From assembly GCA_903813345.2 (NCBI GenBank), contig CAIIXF020000001.1:8432001-8496000 (forward strand): DNA of 64,000 nt, in the 5' to 3' direction. Both the position numbers and the translations under genes were made by a program. How positions within the stretch are numbered: position 1 is the first letter of the stretch; the number at the start of each line of letters is the position of its first letter. Source of the DNA: Owenia fusiformis. Taxonomy: Eukaryota. Of this stretch, positions 12,058 to 23,182 are shown piece after piece. The notes beneath the pieces were generated by a model, which was not told the DNA's origin, did not search any database, and worked only from the letters and a program-made list of their open reading frames with translations.

Positions 12058-13379
12058 CCGTATTTTATCACGTGAGTTCAGAGTGACATGCACGACATGT
12101 AAGTTTAGTCTGAGCTGATCGCGATGTTGAACAATTTCTTCTCGGAATTTGTCCAGAGAAATCAGCGATTCTAAATTAAGGTAGGATCTCCCATTTCTTC
12201 CTGTACAAGTTTTAACTTTTCTCTATCGAATCCTAAAGTTTTGGATGAAGATATGAAGCATACGGTTAAAAACGAAGCGATTAATTTGACGATCTGATTT
12301 TGCAATTTGCAATGGCCAATTTACTGCAAGTCTGCGTGTATTTGACAAGAGATAGCGCCAAGTCTTGTATCCGAATGCTTGTTAAGCCACTCAAAAACAA
12401 GATCCATATTTTCTAAAGGACGATTCTCGGTTTGGAGAACGAAGTTCATCAATCTAAATGAGCATTATCCCTGCTTCGGACAAATTTGATTTTTTTACAT
12501 AATATAGATTTGAATGTCCTCTTTTGAATAGTCATAATTTAATTTGGGTAATATTTCTAGATTTTTCGCAAAAAAATATTAGCGCAGTACACTTATGAAC
12601 TTTTTTCCCAAAATCGAGACTTGTATTTTATTGAATCGGTCTAATTGAGCGTTATCCCTGCTTCAGACCAATTTGTTATTTTTACATCTTGTAGATTCAA
12701 ATGTCCTCTTTTGAATATTCATAGTTTAATTTGGGTAATATTTCTATATTTTTCATGAAAAAAATATTAGCCCAGAAGACTGTTCTCCAAACCGAGAATC
12801 GTCCTTTGATAACTTTGCAGAGAGCCCGTTTTCATAACCTGTTTTCCGCGTCTAAATTCAAACTGAGTAGGATTATAGGATCGCTGGGATTCTCAGTCAA
12901 TGGCAACGGGTCTTCATTCCAGAACGCACATTTTTTTAGTTGATTCTCCGTCATAGTACTTGTCTAAAGTCCATATCTGCTCTTTTACTGGCATACTTGG
13001 ACATATTTCCCCTCCTTAAATTGTCCTCCTTAAATAACACCCTCTCGCCGATTTATATATAGCCATTTCCCAGAACCCGGGAGTCAGAATCGCTGATGTT
13101 TGCCATATTGAACATGTTGAAATATGTACTGTAATATCTGTAATACTAGGCATTGCCTGCTACGCGTAAGGGTCACGTGACTAGCGCGATACAGGAAAAA
13201 TGGGGAATTTCGAAACAACAATTTTTGGGCACTTTTATTGCAAATTTCAGGTATTTATAAGTGTTTGTGGTATAAAATATAATCCACAGATATACATGAA
13301 CATCCAAACTACATATTTTATTACGTTTTGGAGCCTTTTTTGCTTTTAAAATGACATCTTTAAGTTTGACATCCCTCCG
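12058..13379. mobile_element. 1.3-kb insertion without obvious TIRs, interrupting the RLE LINE
   Basis: Flanked by a 7-bp direct repeat cataatg (12051-12057, 13380-13386). LINE coding sequence resumes on both sides. Confidence 0.7.
12415..12808. mobile_element. Small nested MITE with an internal ~130-bp imperfect direct repeat
   Basis: TIR aaaggacgattctcggtttggagaac / gttctccaaaccgagaatcgtccttt. Internal repeat copies at ~12455-12583 and ~12642-12771. Confidence 0.75.
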
Positions 13380-14030
13380 CATAATGGCCACTGACTGTGC
13401 ACTATCGGCTAGCCCCATGGTGACTAGATTAGTTGGAGTTGGTAACACATCATATGTTGCTTTTAGCAGAAAGCTAATAGTTTGTGGCTGCTCCTTCCAT
13501 AAATCATTCCACGTTAGCTTTCTTTCTCTGACGCCTTCCCATTTCATCCATTTGCCTTGTTTCTTCATCTCAATAGCCTTAACTCGTCTTTCTTCCTCAA
13601 GACTCTCCCTTACCTCTTGCTGTATTAGGTCTCTCTTCTCGCGATCTGATGCTTCGTTCCAGAGTGGTTTACTACCGAATCCTAAACCCTGTCTTCCTTT
13701 GGCTACCCTCCCCACCAAAACCTTTTGCTCGAGCCTGTCCTCTGCTCTTGTTAGCTCCTCTTCAGCATTCCACTTCCTCCCAGTCTTCTCCTGGGTGCTG
13801 CTCTTGGAAATCTTGTTGTCTCTGGCGTTCCTTATCATTAAATTTTCCTGACTTTGGTGACCTTGTATTCTTCTGTCATTGCTTTGATTGGTAGGTGGAG
13901 CATGTTTGATTCTCCATAGAATCCTGCACTACTGAAGCTTTTTGGTACTCCGAACCACTTGCGAAGATACTTATTTGTTTTCCTTTCTAACATCTCGACT
14001 GTTGTCATTGGCACTGCATACACAAGCAGT
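13380..14030 (-). mobile_element. RLE-type non-LTR retrotransposon, upstream segment (post-RT region), disrupted
   Basis: ORFs 13838-14023 (LERKTNKYLRKWFGVP) and 13390-13838 (TGRKWNA...GRQGLG...QGKWMKWEGV...FLLKATYDVLPTPTNL). Confidence 0.85.
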
Positions 14031-15622
14031 TCTTAACTTTCAGATATAGAAATATCCCTGAAAATGACCGTGAGTTGTATGTAGAATGTAACATTTTATT
14101 CACTATAAGATTACACCATATGATCCAAAAATATGTTTTTCATTTTCATGGATAATCCACACAGATTAACACCCGGGTATTTTATTTCTAGAACTTCACA
14201 GTGCTTGGAATCATTGTTACGAGGTCTTTGAATAACAAGAATATCGTATTGAATAGGTTTTACTTATGGGAATACTTGCTTAAAGTCTCTCAGTGGTACC
14301 AAATCTAAAAAAATCATTTATGATCTTATGTCGCTGCGCTCAAGCGCACATAAATGTCAAGTAACCATTATACAACAAACTAGAGGAACTGTCCTGGTTC
14401 TCATGAATTAGACTCCTAATAACAAACCATTCAAAGTCACATAATCTAATATTTTGATATATTAGAAAAACAAAATACAAAATATCTGTTTCAGAATATC
14501 ACCACAAAATGAACAGGAGCAAAATAAGTTAGTATGTTGTTTCACTTGATCAGAGAAATAAGATCAGATTACACCATTTTGCATTAAGAAATCCAAATTT
14601 TCTTTTGGGAGAACCCCAACCGACCCATCCCCATGATTCGCCCTTGCAGATACCAAAAGTTTTCCAGCAATGTTCCATTCTCCTCGGTCCACCCATGGGC
14701 ATTCAATAGAGGTCCACCTGAAAAAGATTCTTCTGCCGCACACTGGGTGGGGCTAGAATACATGGGAATGTATCGGGAAGAGTCACTTAATTTCATGATC
14801 TAACAAGTAATTCAATTTGGATCAACTTAAAACACCATTGGAATGTAACCATATGATCTTATTGACATGTGGATTGTGATTTCACATTACAACTGTGATC
14901 CTTATGAGAGTAAATGAACTTTTAAAGGTTTTTCAACATTGTGTCAATGGGGATTTAGCCCGACCTTTTTTAGGCAACTAGAAAATCTTTAGAATTTGAA
15001 TAAAGGTAAGTAACGGTGCAAATCAAAGTTGTTTTGATAGAAAATTATACACAGACACAGAATTCAAATATGCGATCAAATAGAAGAAAATGTCTTCAAT
15101 GGTTAAAAATGCAGATCTCATTAGCCTAAAAACAAGACTTTAACGAGATTTATGGAAAAGAACCATTGTGCGCCATTTTTGGTGTTTTAGGCTCTTTTCA
15201 AGGAGGATTGGCTCCCAGAGTGCAACATCGATATTTTTGCCATATATGGCATGTTGTGATTACAAAATTCGAATGAAACAGCCCCCATTTTGTTCACTTC
15301 AACATTTGAATCGTGAATTTCGGTCTTATTTCCAAACGAAAAATTCCAAAACTCAGAGCGTAGATCCGACGAGAAGACCGTCAGCAGAGAATTACTCCCA
15401 ACCACACCAGTGACGGGGATATCCAGGTGCCCAGGTATTTTACCAGTATGTTAATAGCCCGGGGTTAATCGTAACATCTGGGTAAAATATTTGGATACAA
15501 ATAGACCTCCTTCTTGATGAAAATAAAAATTTGCTCCGACGGAAGTTCATCCATTTTGGTAAAAAGCGGCGTCTTTATATACAGGTGGGGACCAGTCCCC
15601 CTTAGTTCTTTAAACAGTTGGT

Positions 15623-18456
15623 TTAGTTCAATGGCTTTATCTGTGCTGCAACCACGAAGTCATCTTCCACCTTTGTGAAGTATGCTTTCCCCTCATATTC
15701 AAAGTTCTTGGCAGGAACTCTAACAATTGTCTTCCATCCAAACTCTAATTCAGCTAGTGCCTGCAAATAGGAAGCAAAAAAACATATCATAGATCAATTA
15801 CTACTTAGCAGTAGTAATAATTAGTAGTTGATAAGTAAGTTCACATTTCACGACCCAGCAAAGGAAGTTGACTTTCAGCTGGTTCACTCTAGACAACATA
15901 ATATCAAACGATTCAAAAGATCCCAAAGTTAGCTGTCCTTAATTTGAATGTATTACTTACTATAGTCACGGGGTGTGTGTTGACTGTTATAAGACCAGTG
16001 TATCCCAAACTCCTTGCAACCCGCATTGTTTCCACCTCGAGCATATGTATCAGTCGGATATTCTCAGCATCAGAAACGTATTTTGCAGTGGCCACCGAAC
16101 CTGACCACAACCACTTACCACCAAGCTCAGCAATTGCCTTCCTTGCTGGTTCCTCAGCTTGCATTACCAAAGCAGCTATAGGATACAGTAATTCTGGTTC
16201 AACTGCAACTTCGTAGTCGAGTTCAGAGCTGAGTAGCATTCCAGCAGCAACAACTTTACCAGTGACTCTGTTTACGACTCCCATGGAAATATTATCTTGT
16301 TCCAAAATTGGCCAGAATGTTTTCAGATGATGCATGTATTGCTCAAATGTACATCCAACATCAATGATCAGCAAATCTTTTCTAATGAAGGCATCAGAGA
16401 GAACGACCATCGCTTGGTCTTTATAGTTAGAATTTGTACAGATGTTAACCAATTCATATGTATCAGTGTCTATGACAGACGCTGGGACATTGTTGTCTTT
16501 CTTTTGCCTCAGTGTTTCAATAAGATCATGAAGGCTGGATGAGCCTAGAAAATCTGCAACCGTTAGCAAGACTCCTTTCGATTTCATATCAGCTATTGTG
16601 TACATAGCGTTTGCTGATGTCCCTCCATTCTGAAAGAAATCTTTTGTGATTATGAGTTTGGTCACCGGAATTTCGATGACCTTTGCAACAGACTCCAATA
16701 CCTTCATACCAAACTCGTCTTGTTTATATTGATGTAGTATTGTATTACTTTCTACGACTGTTTCATTGAACTTGTTTTCGTACATTGCCTTCAATGCCAT
16801 TCGGTCAATTTTCCCGGCAATCGCTTGAATAGGAAATTTATCAATTTTCTCAAAGTGCGGCATCATGTACGTTGGAAGATATTGTGAGCAGAATTCAGTA
16901 ACTGATTCAACGCTGGCTTCTTTTTCCTCGATAGCAGTGTAGAAAGCTACTAACGTTATCATACCACTGACAGAGTTATGAACTATAGTTGTGGCCTGGT
17001 CAACTCCAGGATGACTCTGCATGACACTTTCAAGTTCTGAGACATTTACTCTGTATCCCCGGATTTTCACCTGAAAATCTCTTCGACCTTGGTAGAATAT
17101 TCTCCCATCTACTATCTTTCCAAAATCTCCCACTCTGAACAGAAGTTCATGGCCTTGGCTTGGTAGGACTGTATTTTTGACAAACACGTTCATTCTGCTT
17201 GTATCAGTATAGCCAGTTGATAAGCAAACTCCACTGCATAACACTTCTCCAATCTCACCCATGGGTACTGGCTCTAACTTCTCATCAACGATATACACAT
17301 TCGTATTGTATATTGGGACTCCAATCGACATGATGTGATCATTCGTTTTTTTCTCAGCATCTTCCAACGATGAGAATATATCGATGGTAGTATCGCCCGC
17401 TGTCTCCGTGCAGCCATAACCGTTAATGAGGGTGTGTCCATCAGAGAAATAACTGAAGAAATCTCGAACGAGAACACTTGGTACAACCTCACCTCCGAGG
17501 ATGATAAATTTGAGATGGGACAAGCGGTTCTTGATGGAATGCATATTGAGACAGACCAACATATTTCGCAAAAGGACCGGAACACAGGCTAGTCTGGTGA
17601 TGTTATATTGCTCAATTGCTTTGATCAACATCTCGGGATCTTGTTTCACCGCCTGTGGTAAAATAATCAAGGGTCGTCCCTTCAGTAACCATGTGTACAT
17701 TTCCCTAATTGAATCCACAAACAACAAGTCTAACAAGGCACATCCAGTCTCATCTTGCTTGAATGGGGTTTTATCCCAGTAATAATTGACTATGTTCAGC
17801 TGACTGTCATGGGTCAGCTTCACTCCTTTTGGGGTGCCGGTGCTTCCCGAGGTGAACAGTGTGCAAATCAGTGGATTTTCCCCCGTAAGACCATCTTTCA
17901 TTGGGGCAAAATCGGCATCAGTCAAATTGGTATCTTCAACAGTTGTACAAGAGTCAGCTTCAATTTCATCAAGTATCGAGTCTATGTTAAACACAGGGAC
18001 TGCTTGGATGGTCGGATTGTTTGCATTAGATCCACATGCAAATATGCAAATCGGTTTGCCTTCATCCAATATGTACTGCAAACGTTTTGGAGGAAAGACA
18101 GAACTCATAGGGACATATGCACCTCCAAGTTTCAGTATGCTGATTAAGGCGATCACTCGTCTTGCACTGGGTTCCATAAACACGGATATTGTTTTGTCTG
18201 GAGAATTCAACACTTCTATACCGTTATCCACCATTCGTTTCAGTACAATTCGAGCAACCATATTCGCCCTTTTGTTGAGCCGTCCAAATGTCAGAGTTTC
18301 CTCCCCAAATCGAACAGCCATTTGATTTTCAATTGGTTTCATTCCATTTGATGTTTCAATTGTGCCTTTAACAGTGTTTTCAAATACTTTATGAATGAAG
18401 TCACCCGCGTTATCATTCTCCTCTCCCTTTAGGATACTAAGTTGTCGTTCAGACAT
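15623..18456 (-). CDS. ebony: Ebony-like NRPS paralog 2 (A-T-GNAT-like amine-condensing domain), 877 aa, two coding exons
   Basis: Exon 18456-15961 (832 codons; acceptor tttgcag|ATG, donor ATA|GTAAGT) plus exon 15760-15623 (ALAELEFGWK...IKPLN*). Motifs: A3 LFTSGSTGTPKGV, A4 FVDSIREMY, A5 NGYGCTE, A7 FRVGDFG, A8 GRRDFQVKIRGYRV, A10 AGKIDR, phosphopantetheine site DFFQNGGTS, C-terminal GYTGLITVNTHPVT. Size and architecture match the Ebony family. Confidence 0.92.
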
Positions 18457-19202
18457 CTGCAAACAAAAGAATGTTAAAATATTAGAATATATTGGTTAAT
18501 CCATTCACACATAGCTAGGCAAGGTGTGTCCGATTCCAGCCAATCCGTACACAGTATTTCATTATAACTGACTGCATTATATAACCAATGACGACACCCA
18601 ATGTGATTCGTTGAATGGTTGTCACGGTGACAACTTGACTCTACAGATTGAAATTGATGCTTTGCAAACTTGACCCTTGCAAAAAGTTTCATTGAAAATA
18701 TGTTCTTTCGGTAGTGATTTCGTATCTTTTAGAAAAATTGAAATGTGTGAAAATAATTTAAGCCCGAGACTTGATGCATTGTGGCTGATTCATTCCACTC
18801 AGCAGAAGTTGTTATGATTTGTAAACAACAATTAAGAGGAATGAATCAGTCCACAAGGACTAAATCCTTAAACTAATTAATCATAATATTATAAATTATT
18901 TGCATTGTTTGAACCGTTTCTACATGTGGATATGACATCCTTAATGTGAAACGCACTCATATTGTACAAAACATTTTTTGTGCGTCAAATATTCAAACCT
19001 AAAAATAAGCAACCAAAACTACACAGTACACTATTATATGGAAAAAATACATTCATGGTTTTCATATTAAGTTATATATAATATATATAATTTGTAAATG
19101 AAGAAACATGTTGGAATAATTTCTCTGCCTTTGTTTCGTTTTTTTATTATATTTAGTACGTACGCATTTTGACTTTTATACACATAATATATATATAATA
19201 TA

Positions 19203-20042
19203 CAGGGTGTTATTTTCGAAAGATTGTCAATTGGCTGAAAACCCCTAAATTAAAATGAATACATGCTTACTGCAAAGCACTTCGATCAAATAAAACTAAT
19301 TTATCTGGATTACATACATATATACAGGGTGTTCCATATGTATTTGTACATAAAATCATACATGTAGCATTGCCACCCTATCATGCTGAATATCATATTT
19401 GTTCCTTATGGAAAGTTACATAACATTGCAAGTTTCAGAATCCATGGAAGTCCCTGAAAAAGATACAAGGTATCAAAGTTAGTGGGTACAGGTCATTTCG
19501 AAGAGAATTTCTGGTCATTTTGAGGGCAATTAAAAGGGAAAATTAAGTTTCTGTATTGCACATTTTTTAGCAGTTGCCATCATGTCAGAGTTCAGTTCAC
19601 ACAAGTGTGATAGTTATTCACAAAGACATATAGATAGATTTCATGCAGTGGCTTATAGGGAGATTAGGGACCGTGGTGCGACCTCTATCACTAAAAATGG
19701 GTATGAGACAAAGTGAACAGATCACCGGATTGAGTCCAAAAATAACCAGAAGTTACCCTCGAAATGACCCCGTACCAACAAACTTTGATACCTTGTATTT
19801 TTTTAGGGACACCCATGGATTCTGAAACTTTGCAATGTTATGTAACTTTCCATAAGGAACAAAGTGATACATAACACGATAGGGTGGCAATGCTACATGT
19901 ATGAGTTTATGGGGGGTGCATACATATGAAACACCCTGTATACATCTGTATCCAGACAAATTATTTGAAGGGCTTTGCAGTTAGCATGTATTCATTTTAA
20001 TTTAGCGTTTTCCAGTCAATTGACAATCTTTCGAAAATAACA
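19203..20042. mobile_element. Tc1/mariner-type MITE (outer element; right terminus eroded)
   Basis: ta|cagggtgttattttcgaaagattgtcaattg mirrors caattgacaatctttcgaaaataaca. Arms are ~110 bp. Confidence 0.7.
19325..19938. mobile_element. Tc1/mariner-type MITE nested at the centre of the previous element
   Basis: TA|CAGGGTGTT...AACACCCTG|TA with ~190-bp imperfect inverted arms. Confidence 0.85.
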
Positions 20043-20869
20043 TGTCAGAAAAGCATCAAAATACAAGTGGCAACGCATTTTATTGGCCAAACCACAAGCA
20101 ATCCAAAATATACAAACGTTAGACTGCATCCGAAATATGAATGTAATTTTTCTCTATAATATGCTGCCGTGGAATTCGGATTTTAATATAAAGTTACTCA
20201 CCTTTACAAAGTTTATTCTCACAAATCCTAACAGTATTCAAAGTTAGCTCAAACCCAAAATACGTATGTAATTATGAAACAATCACAAAGCAATGTACAA
20301 TGTTCAAAGTAGTGGTTAACAATATCATATGTACATATTATTACGTAAGGTTAGTATATATGATAAAAGTGTACACTGCAGGTTTAGGTTCAGTGACCAG
20401 TTCATCAAGAAGGGTGAAAGAAAGTTGAACATCATAGTCATTCCAGTTTTTCTTTTTCTTTGCCAACCACACCATTTTCCTGCATTTGTTATTCTACAAT
20501 TGACTTGCAATGTCAGCCATTATAAATCTCCGAGTCTGTCGTGTCAATGACAAAACTTCCGAGGGAGGGTGTATTTCAAATTCTAAATGGGACTAAATGA
20601 TTATCTCAACCATTATCAGGTGATGTTATAAAGGTGCCAGATAATAATTGCATAAAATATTCACATATACGATAAAGTGGAAGGCGATCATTCTGATAGT
20701 AACATTTTCTGTTTGGCTAAGATTTAATTACCCTGCGTGCAGAGTCTAGTTAAACTACAATTAGACGAAGCTCTCTTTTAAGAAGTGAAGTCAAACGAAT
20801 GCAAAGGGTAAGATTTAATTTAAGCCCATCACGACTCTTTGAATTGTGAAATATATTAAGCACGAGGGT

Positions 20870-21148
20870 CAGGGGCGTAGCCAGCTTTCAGGCAGGGGGG
20901 GTGCGATCGCCGAAAATTTTTCAGTTTTCGGTCAGGGAGGGTGCGATTTTGCCATAAGCAACACAAAAAATTAAGATTTCTTTTGAATTTTACAAAAATT
21001 GATGCAACTTCCTTCAAAATTGAGCTAGAAGCTTCAAATAAAAAGCATTTTTAAAGCTCTTTTCTACCTCTATCCAATAGTCATATTTTCAAAGGTTATG
21101 GGGGGGGGTGCGATCGCACCCATCGCACCCCCCCTGGCTACGCCCATG
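20870..21148. mobile_element. hAT-like MITE (second copy at 24059-24338)
   Basis: Termini CAGGGGCGTAGCCAG / CTGGCTACGCCCATG with flanking direct repeat AGGGT. Confidence 0.75.
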
Positions 21149-21352
21149 AGGGTCTTGTATGAGACTGAATGGTAGTACCAGAGAGCCCGTGATTGAGGGC
21201 GGTAGCACATTGTACTTGCTCGCTAACTATTTTCCTTATTCAATGATTATCATTCTTACCAAAAAACCTTTTGGGCCCGGGTTTTTGGGCCTCCGTACAA
21301 TGCTAATTACATCCTTATTCCGAACACTCTCCCCTTTGCTATGGTACATGTA

Positions 21353-22002
21353 CAGGGTGTCCCGAAAGTATGACCCCCCCCCCCCCCCTAGGCAGACATA
21401 TACCAATGTTGTCATAGTATGTGTCATATATCATTTTAAAGCTTACCCAAAGTTACATTGATTCGCCAAGTATCATGGTTCAACTCTCAAATGTGAAAAA
21501 ATTACAGGCATTTCAAAATTTAGAGTTTGGTCAAAATTAAGTTCAATTTTCCACCAAATCGATAGTCAATGTGTCCTCTCGGGCCATTTTAACAGCAGCA
21601 ATTTTTTTCAGGTCGGATGGATATTGAGTTGGAAAAAGAGAATGGTAAGGGTAGAAAATCTAAGGAAACTCTTCTAAAGTGCCTCAACAGGTTTTAAGAG
21701 GGTTATAAAATTCCACACCCCTATTTGAAGGGCTTTTAAGGTCATAACTGAAAAGAATTGCTTGTGTTAACATGGTCAAGGGGGGACTCATTGACTAGTA
21801 ATGTGATGTAAAATTGAACTTTATTTTGACAAAACACCAACTTTTAAAATGACTGTAACTTTTTCCCATTTGGGAATTAAACCATGATACTTGGCAAATC
21901 AATGTAACTTTGGATAAGCTTTAAAATGATATATGACACATACTATGAGGACAGTGGAATATGTCTGCCTAGGGGGGGGGGTCATACTTTCGGGACACCC
22001 TG
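21353..22002. mobile_element. Tc1/mariner-type MITE (copies at 24543-25190 and ~54952-55556)
   Basis: TA|CAGGGTGTCCCGAAAGTATGACCCC...GGTCATACTTTCGGGACACCCTG|TA with long inverted arms. Confidence 0.88.
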
Positions 22003-22177
22003 TATATTCAAAACCTGGGACAAATAGCGTCATTCCGAGGCTTTTTGACTCTCACTTGTTCTACTATTACAAACAGGCGTCGGACAGGTGTATGGGTGTA
22101 ATGCATGCTTCAGGGCCGTCGGTAAATTTTCATAATATTCATATGAAGCCCTTGAGGTAAATAAACAACTGACAGAT

Positions 22178-22762
22178 ATGAATAAACAATCATGGCTCAC
22201 GCACATCAATGATGTACTTAAATATATTTACAATGGTACTTCACCGAACTATTTAAACTTAAAACCAAGAGAAATTAAGAAATTACTGGAAAATAGATAC
22301 ATACAATTTTGGGAAACTAAAATAAAATCAAATAATGGTAAATTGAGGTTTTATAAGATAATAAAAGCAAAATGGAACAAGGAACCCTACTTGGATTTAA
22401 TCAAAAATGAAATAGACAGAAATAACTTGACAAAGCTAAGAATTAGCGCACATAAATTAGAAATCGAAACAGGTCGTTACACAAAACCAATTACCCCTAT
22501 TGAAGAAAGAAAATGTTTAATGTGTAACAAGAAAACCGGTTCAGAATGTCATTACCTATTAGAATGCAATAAGTTAAAAGATGTTCGGTCAAGTTACATG
22601 GATAAAATAAAAAAACACTGTCAAAATTTAGAAAACATGAATAACGTGGAACATAAATTAATGTTTCTATTTAATTCAGAGGGAATAATATTAAATATAC
22701 TAGCAAAATATATATCTAATATTTTTATCGAGAGAGAAAAAAACACGAAATGCATCCAATAA
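22178..22762 (+). mobile_element. 3' fragment of a non-LTR retrotransposon ORF2 (Cys/His C-terminal region)
   Basis: LTKLRISAHKLEIETGRY...ERKCLMC...ECHYLLEC is typical of invertebrate LINE ORF2 tails. Confidence 0.8.
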
Positions 22763-22811
22763 AATCTTGCAATGATCAAGCACCCTTTGATTAGTTAATA
22801 TACTATATAGA

Positions 22812-23182
22812 TATGGTCATTTGATTATCTTTACTCAATAGAATTTTTAATTGGACTATAGCACTGTTCCACAACTGGATGACTCTAACTGCAGTTAGCT
22901 TCATTCAAGATGGTTGCCGAGATTCTTTCGTTTTCGATAAACCTCCGATTTCAGCTAAACTAAGTTGAATCTTGATTCCAAAAGTTTCGCCATGCAAATT
23001 AATAAAACTATGATTGTATTCAACCACAAATGAATGCTCTAACACCCATAATATTAGAGAATTTTAAAGAAAACGACTTCACTTAGAATGACTCTAACTG
23101 AAGTTGATGATCTACGCCATCATGACGTCATCATCAACTTCAGTTAGAGTCATTCTAAGTGAAGCCGTTTTCTTTAAAATTC
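22812..23182. repeat. 371-bp copy of 28934-29304 joining the two duplicated blocks
   Basis: Identical sequence at offset 6122. Junction microhomologies ta and attc. Confidence 0.92.

Larger units (their letters stand above)
19990..22813. repeat. Segmental duplication copy 1 (~2.82 kb)
   Basis: Essentially identical to 23179-26001 (offset 3188-3190). The only differences noticed are in G/C homopolymer lengths. Confidence 0.95.

Noticed and set aside
13173-13379. C-terminal part of the 221-aa ORF
   Set aside because: It reads through from the LINE into the unrelated insertion.
15913-15960. C-terminus VSNTFKLRTANFGIF of the 849-aa ORF
   Set aside because: This is intron read-through past a GTAAGT donor. 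The true end is exon 15760-15623.
15913-18462. NRPS as bacterial contamination or a bacterial biosynthetic cluster
   Set aside because: It has canonical GT-AG introns, an Ebony-type architecture, and sits among eukaryotic transposons and intron-rich genes.
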